A stretch of DNA of 64,000 bases from Desulfatiglandales bacterium. GTDB lineage: Bacteria; Desulfobacterota; DSM-4660; Desulfatiglandales; HGW-15. The position numbers and the translations under genes are program-made. The stretch is from contig CAXXJJ010000004.1 in NCBI GenBank assembly GCA_963667015.2, forward strand, positions 2,432,001 to 2,496,000, read 5' to 3'. This document shows, one piece after another, positions 10,299 to 19,461 of this stretch. Below the pieces are notes generated by a model. It was not told the DNA's origin, made no database searches, and was given only the letters and a program-made list of their open reading frames with translations. The stretch's first letter is position 1. Each line of letters starts with the position of its first letter.

Positions 10299-10944
10299 TT
10301 TTAAAACTCCTTTAATAATATTTCCGGATTAAGCATTATCATAGAAAAATTCTATAACCATCTAAATTTACTTCAAAAATCATGCCACCTGACACATTTA
10401 TTTGACTCAACTTGCATATTTTTCAAATACTTAATTAATTCAACCCGTTACAATGCAGCTTTTCAAAAACCATAAATAACATACTGATTTTTATGAAAAT
10501 AACACCCGAAAAAGTGTCCAAAAAGCTCAAAAAAAGAGACCACTTTTATGCACACTGTATAAAAAATTTCAATCAATTGAAGAACTGAATCGCAAATCTT
10601 AGAGAAGTACTACCGCATGTCTATATAAGTATCGGAAAATATGGAAAATAACTTTAATAAAATAGTTAATTGATATGAAAACAAAAAGCTACAGTCTGAT
10701 TTTTCACCGCCTGCTTTTACAGGTTGACATATATCCTGTCATTTTAAATAATATTATATCCAATAATTCCACTTAAATTCTTCGACATTTGGACTCGACT
10801 TCATCAATTTCATATTTTCTAAAGTTTTTTGATTTTAATTAATCAATGAAATGTGTTTAAGGACTAACCCTTAATAAGATTACTTCCTAGTTTACTATTT
10901 CATTGGGATCTCATTATTTCTATCAGGCAGGAGGAAAATATCAA

Positions 10945-11463
10945 ATGGAACAAACAGTTACAGCAATAGGAATAATAGTGGGGCTAATGATGATTGCAAC
11001 CGTCTGTATTGTTTATTACAAGCATCAGACATTCGGCCTCGGGGGAAGCACGCTGGCGCTGCTTGGTACAATTCTTATAGGAATGTCTGTCTGGAGTAAC
11101 ATAAAAGTGAGTGTCGGCGCCAATGGAGGGTTTTCCGCAGAATTGACTCAGATCCAGCAGAATATCGCCCAAATAAATAACCGGAATGAGCAGATAGTAA
11201 AATCGGTATCCTAGGTCCAGGATAATATTAAAGAAACAAAAGAAAATGTTCATCAGCTCCGTTCAGAGGTAACAAATTTTCAGGTATATACCCAGCTCAT
11301 GCCGGATGGCGTTTTTGGTCCTGCAACCGATAAAAAACTGCGCGAACATTTAAAAAGAGAGAAGGTAAATCCTGATGATGATTCGGCACTAAACCTTGTC
11401 GAAAAAATAACAGGCAAAAGCCGTATAGAAGCAAGAAAATATATAAAAGATGCGCAAAAATAG
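10945..11463 (+). CDS. Two-TM, coiled-coil and peptidoglycan-binding-like protein interrupted by an in-frame TAG (11212-11214)
   Basis: GGAGG RBS. After TAG the frame continues VQDNIKETKENVHQLRSEVTNFQVYTQLMPDGVFGPAT... to TAG at 11461-11463. Confidence 0.6.
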
Positions 11464-11579
11464 AATACCGTCCAGCAATGTTCCTCCAGAGACGTCTGCA
11501 CGAAATGATTAAATCAGAATGATTATTATTGATAAACCAAACCCCTGCTTCATCGCAGGCATTAACAGGGAGATACATT

Positions 11580-12815
11580 ATGAATAATAATAAATCTGAA
11601 ATGCTGTACTATCCAAACTTTGGGCCTGATGCCTTACCGAGTATTAAACAATCATTACTCATGTATGATCGTGTTAATGTAATTGCACCTTTAACCACGC
11701 CTATTATTGGAAGTGTGCTGGCAGATATCGAAGGGCCTGAGCTTATCGAGATTTCTAAAAGAGGCAGCCTGAACGAAAGTTATGATCTTGGCCAGGCACA
11801 AAATGTTGTAAAGCTGATTCCTGATCTTGAAATTATCGGGGCACACAGGCATGAATTTATATCAGCACTTTACGGGGACCTGGAAGACAGAGAGGTACTG
11901 GATTGGGAAAGACAGATTAAAACCAGATATAGAGGTAGAGATTTAAGCTGGCTCGTTGTACCAAGTTATTTCAATTATGATCCGCCGGTAATAGATAATC
12001 CTGCTTACCGGATAGAAGAAGTGCGGCATGATAAATTTGGATCATTACTGAGAGTACCTTTTCTTGTAGGCATGTCTCTCGGTACCAGTGAGGCACTATG
12101 GGCTGCAATAGACAAAGGCCTGACATTATTTACTGATAATAATATTTCAGAGCAGTTCCTGATGTTCAGATTGAGGCGCGGATGGAAAGATCTCCTGCAG
12201 GATCCCGATCTACGACAGGAGTTTGGAATAGAACAGGAATTTGCACAGAAGTTCGCTGCCGCGTCTTTATGTACCTGGACGCTCCGGAAAAAAATACCTG
12301 AAGTCATAAAGAACGCATCCGGCATGTCAATTGAGGAGATTATAGAACTTCGTGAAAAATCCAAATATAAAGAGGTATTAAGTAAATATCGTTCCGGAAT
12401 AGCTGATCTGGTTCTGTCACATGATCTCTGGGAGGTAAAAACATTCCAGGACTTTGAGGAAGAGGCATATAAAATATATAAAAAAAATATCTTACCGGCG
12501 TTTGAGGCCCTCGAAAAAAAACGTAATCTATCAATCAAAGATGTATTCGCAGCTTTTGACTACAAGTATGCTTTGAAGGAAACCATAAAATCTGTACCAA
12601 GCCTGTTTATCAGCGCTGCAGTACCGGCCGCTGCCGGCAGCGCTCTGGTATTTGGTTCAGTTGCAATTGCGCCTGCTGCGTTACTGGCTCTGGGATGCGG
12701 ATTGGGAGGCAACCTGGTTAAAAACCTTTTAGACAAAGGGAGTGAAACCCGTCGCAGTACCAGGTTTTTAAAATTCCCGCAATACCTCCAGGAGACACTG
12801 GCAGTAAAAAATTGA
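11580..12815 (+). CDS. Hypothetical protein (N-terminal LYYP motif, hydrophobic C-terminal hairpin)
   Basis: GGGAG RBS before ATG 11580; long ORF. Confidence 0.65.
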   Translation: MNNNKSEMLYYPNFGPDALPSIKQSLLMYDRVNVIAPLTTPIIGSVLADIEGPELIEISKRGSLNESYDLGQAQNVVKLIPDLEIIGAHRHEFISALYGDLEDREVLDWERQIKTRYRGRDLSWLVVPSYFNYDPPVIDNPAYRIEEVRHDKFGSLLRVPFLVGMSLGTSEALWAAIDKGLTLFTDNNISEQFLMFRLRRGWKDLLQDPDLRQEFGIEQEFAQKFAAASLCTWTLRKKIPEVIKNASGMSIEEIIELREKSKYKEVLSKYRSGIADLVLSHDLWEVKTFQDFEEEAYKIYKKNILPAFEALEKKRNLSIKDVFAAFDYKYALKETIKSVPSLFISAAVPAAAGSALVFGSVAIAPAALLALGCGLGGNLVKNLLDKGSETRRSTRFLKFPQYLQETLAVKN

Positions 12816-13078
12816 TTTATTAAGCGGCATTATACTGATAAAAAACAAGCCCCTTCCTGCTTTTCGGATTTTGATTGTGCAGGATAAAATGAAAATCTGC
12901 AAATAAACACACCAGCCCACGATATACATCTTTAACGATTGACTTAATATAATTCATTACCCATAATGCATAAGTCTTCAATTTTTAAAAAAATCCCAAA
13001 TTTTTTTTAATGCCGTTTTCAGTTTCCAATAAGTAATCAGAGCGGGACATTAAATATAGTTATACAAAAGGACTATGA

Positions 13079-13882
13079 GTGAAAACTTGGCTTGAATTTG
13101 AGGAGCGTTTCAGAATTATAGCAGCTCCTATTCAATATTTGCGGATCGATTTTCAATGGGGAGCCGCTGGCGAATATTGGATGCTGCGTGGAATGCCATC
13201 AAATCAATTAACACGTCAGTTTGAAAATCTCGCTGAACTCGCCGGCCTAGCGCTATTAGAATGTGCTAAAACATATAAAGAGCTCATACACCTGACTCTC
13301 AAGGAACAAGAAGCCTGCCATGTTTGGTACAGAGGGTTGAAGGAATTAACAAATGACTTTGATTCTAGATTTTACGGAGTTCAGAGCAATGAAGACGGCA
13401 GTGATTCTGGCACTATTTACTCTGGGTTTATATCAGGTGTAGTTGAGTCTTCTGCAAACCTCTGCCTTTTATTGCACGCCAAGTACCCACTTAAAAGAGA
13501 GGAGAATCAAGTGACTGAGATAAAAATATCCAACAGTACTATAGGGATGCTTAATACCGGCCAGATTAAAAATATTGAATCTATAAATATAAACATAGGT
13601 AAACTGAACTGCGCCGGATCAGATGAGGTTGCTGACGCATTAAAAAATATAGCTTCCGCAGTCGCCGAATCCACTGACTTAGAAGATCTTGATAAATCCA
13701 GCACACTTGAACAGATTGAAAGTTTAAGTGAACAAGCAATTTTGCCTCAAAATGAACGACTTAAACCAGGTGTAATCAAGGCAGTCTTCTCAACACTAAG
13801 CAGCACGCTTGCTACTGCTGGCAGCCTTGCAAGTATATGGGCTACTTGGGGACCGGTCATAAAAAATTTCTTTGGCTTTTGA
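13079..13882 (+). CDS. Hypothetical protein with possible internal start at GTG 13511
   Basis: 267-aa ORF; internal GAGGAG RBS before 13511; amphipathic C-terminal tail. Confidence 0.6.
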   Translation: MKTWLEFEERFRIIAAPIQYLRIDFQWGAAGEYWMLRGMPSNQLTRQFENLAELAGLALLECAKTYKELIHLTLKEQEACHVWYRGLKELTNDFDSRFYGVQSNEDGSDSGTIYSGFISGVVESSANLCLLLHAKYPLKREENQVTEIKISNSTIGMLNTGQIKNIESININIGKLNCAGSDEVADALKNIASAVAESTDLEDLDKSSTLEQIESLSEQAILPQNERLKPGVIKAVFSTLSSTLATAGSLASIWATWGPVIKNFFGF

Positions 13883-14108
13883 TTTATTACATGAATTACA
13901 AACTACTTTGTTGTGTAGGACACAAAAAAACATGCGGCTATTCGAATTCGAAGAGAATCGATTTAAAACCCCCTGACTTTTAGGGCTATATGGCTTTTTA
14001 AGATAGAGATATACGCTGTAGAAATGGGGATAACCCCATAGTCTCCCTTTTCCATAAGATATTTTAATGAAAACTGAGAAACAGAAAATAGTCTAAGGAG
14101 GTAAAGAT

Positions 14109-14531
14109 ATGAAAGGCTTAAAAATCACACTATGGATTTGTGCAATACATTTTCTGCTGAGCTTTTTTTTTCTTCCTTTACCATGGCGGGCGATAATTGC
14201 ATGGTTTAACCAGTACGGAGTTCAAATATCTACTTCAGATCCCTGGACTATATTTTGGCTCCGACTTTTACTTACGACATTTGGAATGATAGGGGTGTTT
14301 TTTGTAATCCTTGCCCGAAATCCACTCAAATACGGGGAGATGCTGCTGCTTGCGGCATACGGGTTACTGCTCTTGGGAGTCGTAGTTTTTATAGGAAGTA
14401 TGCTTTACGTAGTTCCGAATGAACTTCCGATTATAATTACAGCAACTATAGGAAAGGTGTTTTTTTATTTCATTCTTGGTGTGCTTATACTTTCCTTTCG
14501 AAAAGGGGCTATGCAAGCAAACAACGCTTGA
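14109..14531 (+). CDS. Four-TM membrane protein
   Basis: AAGGAGG RBS; four hydrophobic segments. Confidence 0.7.
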   Translation: MKGLKITLWICAIHFLLSFFFLPLPWRAIIAWFNQYGVQISTSDPWTIFWLRLLLTTFGMIGVFFVILARNPLKYGEMLLLAAYGLLLLGVVVFIGSMLYVVPNELPIIITATIGKVFFYFILGVLILSFRKGAMQANNA

Positions 14532-14688
14532 GTATTACTCTGTTTTGTTTCTTGTTTTATGATAAATACAGAGAGTATCATATACCTTTTTTGTAGCTGT
14601 TACATGTGAATTTGCTGATAATTACCCATTATCTAATCAAGCGACCCTATAACTGTAGAATGTAAGAACATAGAAGGATGGTAATTTT

Positions 14689-15090
14689 ATGAAATGTCCT
14701 GTTACAAATACACCGATGATCGTTGTTGAGCGAGATAAGATCGAACTGGATTATTCTCCCGCAGTAAAAGGCATCTGGTTTGATGCCGGAGAGCTTGCTC
14801 TTTTTTTAAAATCCCTGGGACTTGATGCCGATCTGAGTCACATTTCATCTCTGCCGGTATATAAAACAGATGAGAAGGCATACAAAAGCCCACGCACCGG
14901 GAAATACATGGACAAAGTCAATCTTGGCGATGAAAATGATCCGATCATTATTGACCGGGACCGGGACGGCCTTGGACTCTGGTTTGATGCAGGGGAGTTA
15001 ACCCGGGTATTTGAGAAATATGCAAAGAAGGCTCCGGAGTCGGAAAAGGGAAAAATCGTCAAATTCCTGGGCGAAACTTTTAAATTTTGA
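14689..15090 (+). CDS. Tandem zf-TFIIB-like domain protein
   Basis: Duplicated unit ending GIWFDAGEL and GLWFDAGEL; upstream of lemA. Confidence 0.7.
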   Translation: MKCPVTNTPMIVVERDKIELDYSPAVKGIWFDAGELALFLKSLGLDADLSHISSLPVYKTDEKAYKSPRTGKYMDKVNLGDENDPIIIDRDRDGLGLWFDAGELTRVFEKYAKKAPESEKGKIVKFLGETFKF

Positions 15091-15137
15091 ATGAAACTAA
15101 TCAAAGAAGAATATTGTAAAGAGGAGGAGGTCTAATT

Positions 15138-15707
15138 ATGGGATGGATTGCACTAATTGTTATTCTGGCTGTCATCATTATTCCTGTCGGGTGGCTGATC
15201 GCTATCTACAATGCACTCGTCCGCCTGCGTAATGCGGTCAGAAATGCCTTCAGTCAGATCGATGTACAACTGAAACGACGCTACGATCTGATTCCGAATC
15301 TGGTCGAAACCGTCAAAGGATATGCTGCCCACGAGAGAGAAACGCTTGAAGCAGTCACCAGGGCGCGTCAACAGGCCATTGATGTATCAGGTCTGGACGG
15401 TGTAAAGGAACGGGCCAAAGTGGAAAACATGTTGACCCAGACATTAAAATCTCTTTTTGCGGTCTCGGAAAACTATCCTGCTCTCAAGGCCAATGAAAAT
15501 TTTCTGAAATTGCAGGAAGAGTTGACCACCACTGAGAACAAGATTTCTTTTGCGCGTCAGTATTACAACGATTCCGTCATGCAGTTAAACAACAAGACAG
15601 AGATGTTTCCCAGCAACATTATCGCGGGAATGTTTAACTTCAAGCAGGCCGAGTTCTTCGAAGTAGAAGAAGAGGCGGAACGCAAGGCGCCAGCGGTCAA
15701 GTTCTAA
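15138..15707 (+). CDS. lemA: LemA family protein
   Basis: N-terminal [48 protein letters not shown]. Confidence 0.95.
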   Translation: MGWIALIVILAVIIIPVGWLIAIYNALVRLRNAVRNAFSQIDVQLKRRYDLIPNLVETVKGYAAHERETLEAVTRARQQAIDVSGLDGVKERAKVENMLTQTLKSLFAVSENYPALKANENFLKLQEELTTTENKISFARQYYNDSVMQLNNKTEMFPSNIIAGMFNFKQAEFFEVEEEAERKAPAVKF

Positions 15708-16918
15708 TGTGGGAGCAAATACGCTCAAATCAGCGCAAGTCGGTCATCCTTGTCATAGTGATGGCGTTTTTACTTCTTGCCATAGGCTGGTTCGGAGGTG
15801 AAGGGTTCTACGGCCCCGGGGGAGGTACCGGCGGTCTGATGATTGCCATCTTCGTCTGGATTTTACTCACGCTGACCAGTTATTTCAGTGGAGACAGCAT
15901 ATTCCTGTCAATAAGCGGGGCGCGGAAAATCAAACGAGAGGATCATGAGGTCCTTTGGAACGTTGTCGAGGAAATGAAGATCGCATCGGGTATGCATGAG
16001 ATGCCGGCCATCTATATTATCGACGATCCTGCGCCCAACGCCTTTGCAACGGGTCGAAGTCCTGATAAGGCTTCAGTTGCGGTTACAACGGGACTGCTGG
16101 AAAGGCTGACCAGAAGCGAACTGCAGGGCGTGATCGCACATGAGATTGGCCATATCAGGAACCGCGATGTACTCTACATGATGATGATCGGCGTGATGGT
16201 GGGTGCAATCGCTATGCTGGGTGATATGGGTGTGCGCATGCTGTTCTTCGGCGGACGCGGCAGGAGAAGGACGTCATCGGAGGGGGGGCAGGCACAGGCT
16301 GTCATTATGATCATCGCGATTGTGCTGATGATCCTTGCACCAATTATCGCCCAGATCGTCTATTTTGCCGTCTCAAGAAAACGGGAATATCTCGCTGATG
16401 CCAGTGCGTCTCAATTTACAAGGTACCCTGAAGCCCTGGCCAGCGCCCTTGAGAAAATCTCAGGTTCGATAAAAAAGCCGTCAAAAGACACAGATAAGGT
16501 CAATCGTATCATTGCGCCCAGCTACATTATCAACCCCGCACTGGCGGCCAGAGGCAGTGGAGAAAAGGCAAGCCTGTTCAGCACTCACCCTCCCACTAAA
16601 GAACGCATCAGAATTTTGCGCGCCATGGCTGGCGGCGCAGGCTTTGGAGACTATGACACGGCATTCCGGCAAGTGACCGGAAAACCGGTGGGTGTCATTC
16701 CTTTCCAATCGCTCGAAAAAGCCGGGAAGGTTGAAATCAGGAAGCCGGATGAAATACCTGCTGAAAAGCATATTGACCGGGTACGACAGAGCACCGATGC
16801 TATGTGGCGGTTGAACAACTATACCTTTATCACCTGCGATTGCGGGACAAAACTTAAAATTCCTCCGCAGTTGAAGGGCCAACAAATCACATGTCCGCAT
16901 TGCGGGAGGAAACACTAA
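15707..16918 (+). CDS. htpX: M48 family zinc metalloprotease (HtpX-like) with C-terminal zinc ribbon
   Basis: PNAFATG, AHEIGH, REYLAD, FSTHPP, C-terminal CDC...CPHCG. Confidence 0.9.
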   Translation: MWEQIRSNQRKSVILVIVMAFLLLAIGWFGGEGFYGPGGGTGGLMIAIFVWILLTLTSYFSGDSIFLSISGARKIKREDHEVLWNVVEEMKIASGMHEMPAIYIIDDPAPNAFATGRSPDKASVAVTTGLLERLTRSELQGVIAHEIGHIRNRDVLYMMMIGVMVGAIAMLGDMGVRMLFFGGRGRRRTSSEGGQAQAVIMIIAIVLMILAPIIAQIVYFAVSRKREYLADASASQFTRYPEALASALEKISGSIKKPSKDTDKVNRIIAPSYIINPALAARGSGEKASLFSTHPPTKERIRILRAMAGGAGFGDYDTAFRQVTGKPVGVIPFQSLEKAGKVEIRKPDEIPAEKHIDRVRQSTDAMWRLNNYTFITCDCGTKLKIPPQLKGQQITCPHCGRKH

Positions 16919-16971
16919 TACAAATGATTCCAACGGTCCTGTGGCAACATGTCCCTGTGTAAGGAGATGAA

Positions 16972-17307
16972 ATGTACGTAGGAAGAATTGTATCTGTAGG
17001 ATTAACAATCTCAAATCGTTTGTGCTTAATGTACCGGGTGTCATCCCGGTCCTTTACCAACAGGGTGATCAAGGATATTAAAGGTGCCTTGGCTGTTATA
17101 CCTTCGCCGGGATCAGAAACAGATATCTACCAGAATCCATATATCAGTTACAATTGTCTGCGCCACAATTCGGAGTTTGCAGTCGTTGGAAACGGAACTC
17201 ATACCGATCCTATATTTGAAAAACCTGTAAGTTCTGCATCAGCAATGAAATTTGATACAGGATTTGAAACAAGTTTCATTAATCTCAAAAATTCAGGTAA
17301 CAAATAA
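16972..17307 (+). pseudogene. Truncated archaeal-type IMP cyclohydrolase (PurO-like), N-terminal portion only
   Basis: MYVGR...[10 protein letters not shown]...NPYISYNC...VVGNGTHTD. Similarity ends near 17223, followed by an unrelated tail. Confidence 0.7.
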
Positions 17308-17403
17308 TTCACTAGGAATGACTGAAAGTGCTTTCCCGATTTTAGTCATGCTTTTATAAATCGTTCTGTATCACTTAATAACATCGTATCAGGAGGTGAT
17401 TAA

Positions 17404-17715
17404 ATGAGAAAAGTATATGAGTCATTAAATACTATAATGATTGGTCATTTGAAAAATCTTCTTATGACCGAAGGTATACCTTCCTTCACAAAGAATGAAT
17501 ATGGCTCAGCAGGACGAATTCCAGCCAATGAATGTTGGGAAGAGATCTGGATTGAAAATGACACCCAATATGATGATGCAGAAAAATTAATTAAGGAAGC
17601 ACTGTCAGATGATTCCGCTTCAGGTCCTGATTGGGTATGCCCAAATTGCCAGGAAGTAAATGAATATCAATTTGCTTTGTGTTGGAATTGCAGCAAAGAA
17701 AATCCAAATACATAA
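17404..17715 (+). CDS. DUF2007-like protein with C-terminal RanBP2-type zinc finger
   Basis: AGGAGG RBS; HLKNLLMTEGIP; WVCPNC...FALCWNC. Confidence 0.8.
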   Translation: MRKVYESLNTIMIGHLKNLLMTEGIPSFTKNEYGSAGRIPANECWEEIWIENDTQYDDAEKLIKEALSDDSASGPDWVCPNCQEVNEYQFALCWNCSKENPNT

Positions 17716-17853
17716 CCCGCTGCCTGGGAACACAAGCCAGGCCGATAATCAGACCCGTTAGTGGCACAGGGTGGATTAAACACTGAGTGATTGGCATCTG
17801 ATGCAAAAGCAGGATTCAATGAAATGTACAATAAATTTAATGGCAGGCGAAAT

Positions 17854-18324
17854 ATGTTTAATTTGTTAAAGAAGTATGAAAGATTAATGATTCAGGCGCT
17901 TATGATTATGATGGCGATAGTACTTGGCCTTGCTACCATTGACCTCGCATGGCTTATTATAAAGGACATAACTCAGCCTCCTCTCTTTCTTCTCAGTGTT
18001 GATCAATTGCTTGAAATCTTCGGATTGTTTATGCTGGTTTTAATAGGAATTGAACTCCTGGAGACAATAATAAAAACATATTTAACCCAGGGGCAGCCTC
18101 ACTATGAGGTAGTTCTCTCAGTAGCCATTATAGCGATTGCCAGAAAAGTCATAATTCTAGATATAAAAGAGGTGGGCAGTCTCAGCCTGATTGGTATAGC
18201 ATCAATTATCATAGCATTGACATTTGGCTATTTTTTAATGAAAAAAAGCCATCCTGCTAACGATTCGAATCCAGATCTTGATCAGACTGAAGAAAGCAGT
18301 AAGCCAGAAGATAAAAATGCATAA
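17854..18324 (+). CDS. PsiE-like membrane protein
   Basis: IFGLFMLVLIGIELLET and VAIIAIARKVIILD motifs; four TMs. Confidence 0.8.
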   Translation: MFNLLKKYERLMIQALMIMMAIVLGLATIDLAWLIIKDITQPPLFLLSVDQLLEIFGLFMLVLIGIELLETIIKTYLTQGQPHYEVVLSVAIIAIARKVIILDIKEVGSLSLIGIASIIIALTFGYFLMKKSHPANDSNPDLDQTEESSKPEDKNA

Positions 18325-18554
18325 CATCAGGCTCAGCACGGGACTGACTGCGCCCGACTTTTAACCTGAGACGTTAACCCTGTATTTAAACAGTCACATC
18401 ACAAGACTTCGAAGGGTTCCCTGCCTGTTGCTAAAAACCACTGCAGGGTTTGTGACCCGGCTGTTATAATTTGAAAGTGAGAACGATTGGCTGGTTTTTC
18501 CTGCTGATTTAAATCCAAAAGGTAAAAAAATTAAAGACGATTTGGAGGTTAAAG

Positions 18555-18848
18555 TTGAAAAAGATTATATTCGTAGTAACTATTGAAGAAATTCATAACC
18601 AGGAAATGTACATGGATTATATCAGGCAGGTCGTAAATATTATTAAGGTACACAATGGTGAATATATAGCAAGAAGCAATAAGATAATACCATTTAGCGG
18701 GGACAAGCCTGAAAGATCTATAATAATAGCCTTTAACTCAATGGAAGAGGCAAAGGGGTGCTTTTTTTCCGAAGAGTATAAAAAAATAAAACATCTCAGG
18801 GAAAACAGTACAAAGTCGAGGGCATTTTTTATAGAAAATGATTTATAA
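18555..18848 (+). CDS. DUF1330 family protein
   Basis: GGAGG RBS, TTG start; HNGEYIARS...IIIAFNSMEEAK..FFSEEY..IKHLR pattern. Confidence 0.75.
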   Translation: MKKIIFVVTIEEIHNQEMYMDYIRQVVNIIKVHNGEYIARSNKIIPFSGDKPERSIIIAFNSMEEAKGCFFSEEYKKIKHLRENSTKSRAFFIENDL

Positions 18849-19025
18849 TTAAAAACCCGGCAACAGTTACTTTAAATTGATCAGATTTACAATAATACTC
18901 GGCATTGTTTTCGGCCTGCTGGCCTATATAGTTACAGAATATTTTGACATATCAAGGGCAGGCTTTTTCTACAGCATAATATTAGGCCTTATCTTTGGCG
19001 GGATTATTTTAAAAACAAAAAACAT

Positions 19026-19448
19026 ATGGAAATCAAGATATCAAATTTCACAATAGAATCATATGACAGGGTCCTTAATCTATGGAACCGGTGCGAAGGT
19101 GTAGGCCTGAGCCATTCGGATTCGAGGGAAAATATCCGGCTTTATCTGGACAGAAACCCGGGCCTGAGTTTAATTGCAGAGCTGGACGATAAGCTTTCCG
19201 GGGTCATACTGGCTGGGCACGACGGTAGGCGGGGTTACCTGCATCACCTGGCAGTTTCACCGGAATACCGCAGGCAGGGGATAGGAAGACTCCTGGTTGA
19301 TACCTGCCTGAACAGGCTCAGGGATGACGGCATATTAAAATGCCATATTTTTCTATTTAATAATAATCCTGAAGGATTGAAATTCTGGGAGTCTATCGGC
19401 TGGGCCGTCAGGGACGATATTGGCATAGTATCCAGGTTTATTGATTAA
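19026..19448 (+). CDS. GNAT acetyltransferase
   Basis: GHDGRRGYLHHLAVSPEYRRQGIG acetyl-CoA motif A; FWESIGW. Confidence 0.9.
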   Translation: MEIKISNFTIESYDRVLNLWNRCEGVGLSHSDSRENIRLYLDRNPGLSLIAELDDKLSGVILAGHDGRRGYLHHLAVSPEYRRQGIGRLLVDTCLNRLRDDGILKCHIFLFNNNPEGLKFWESIGWAVRDDIGIVSRFID

Positions 19449-19461
19449 AACCAGGCTCATT

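Larger units (their letters stand above)
17295..18469 (+). repeat. Cluster of four degenerate attC-like hairpins (17295-17369, 17710-17763, 18319-18379, 18385-18469)
   Basis: Each begins with an AAC box and ends with a GTT box, with internal complementarity. Two have the gene stop codon inside the AAC box (ACATAAC, GCATAAC). Confidence 0.45.
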
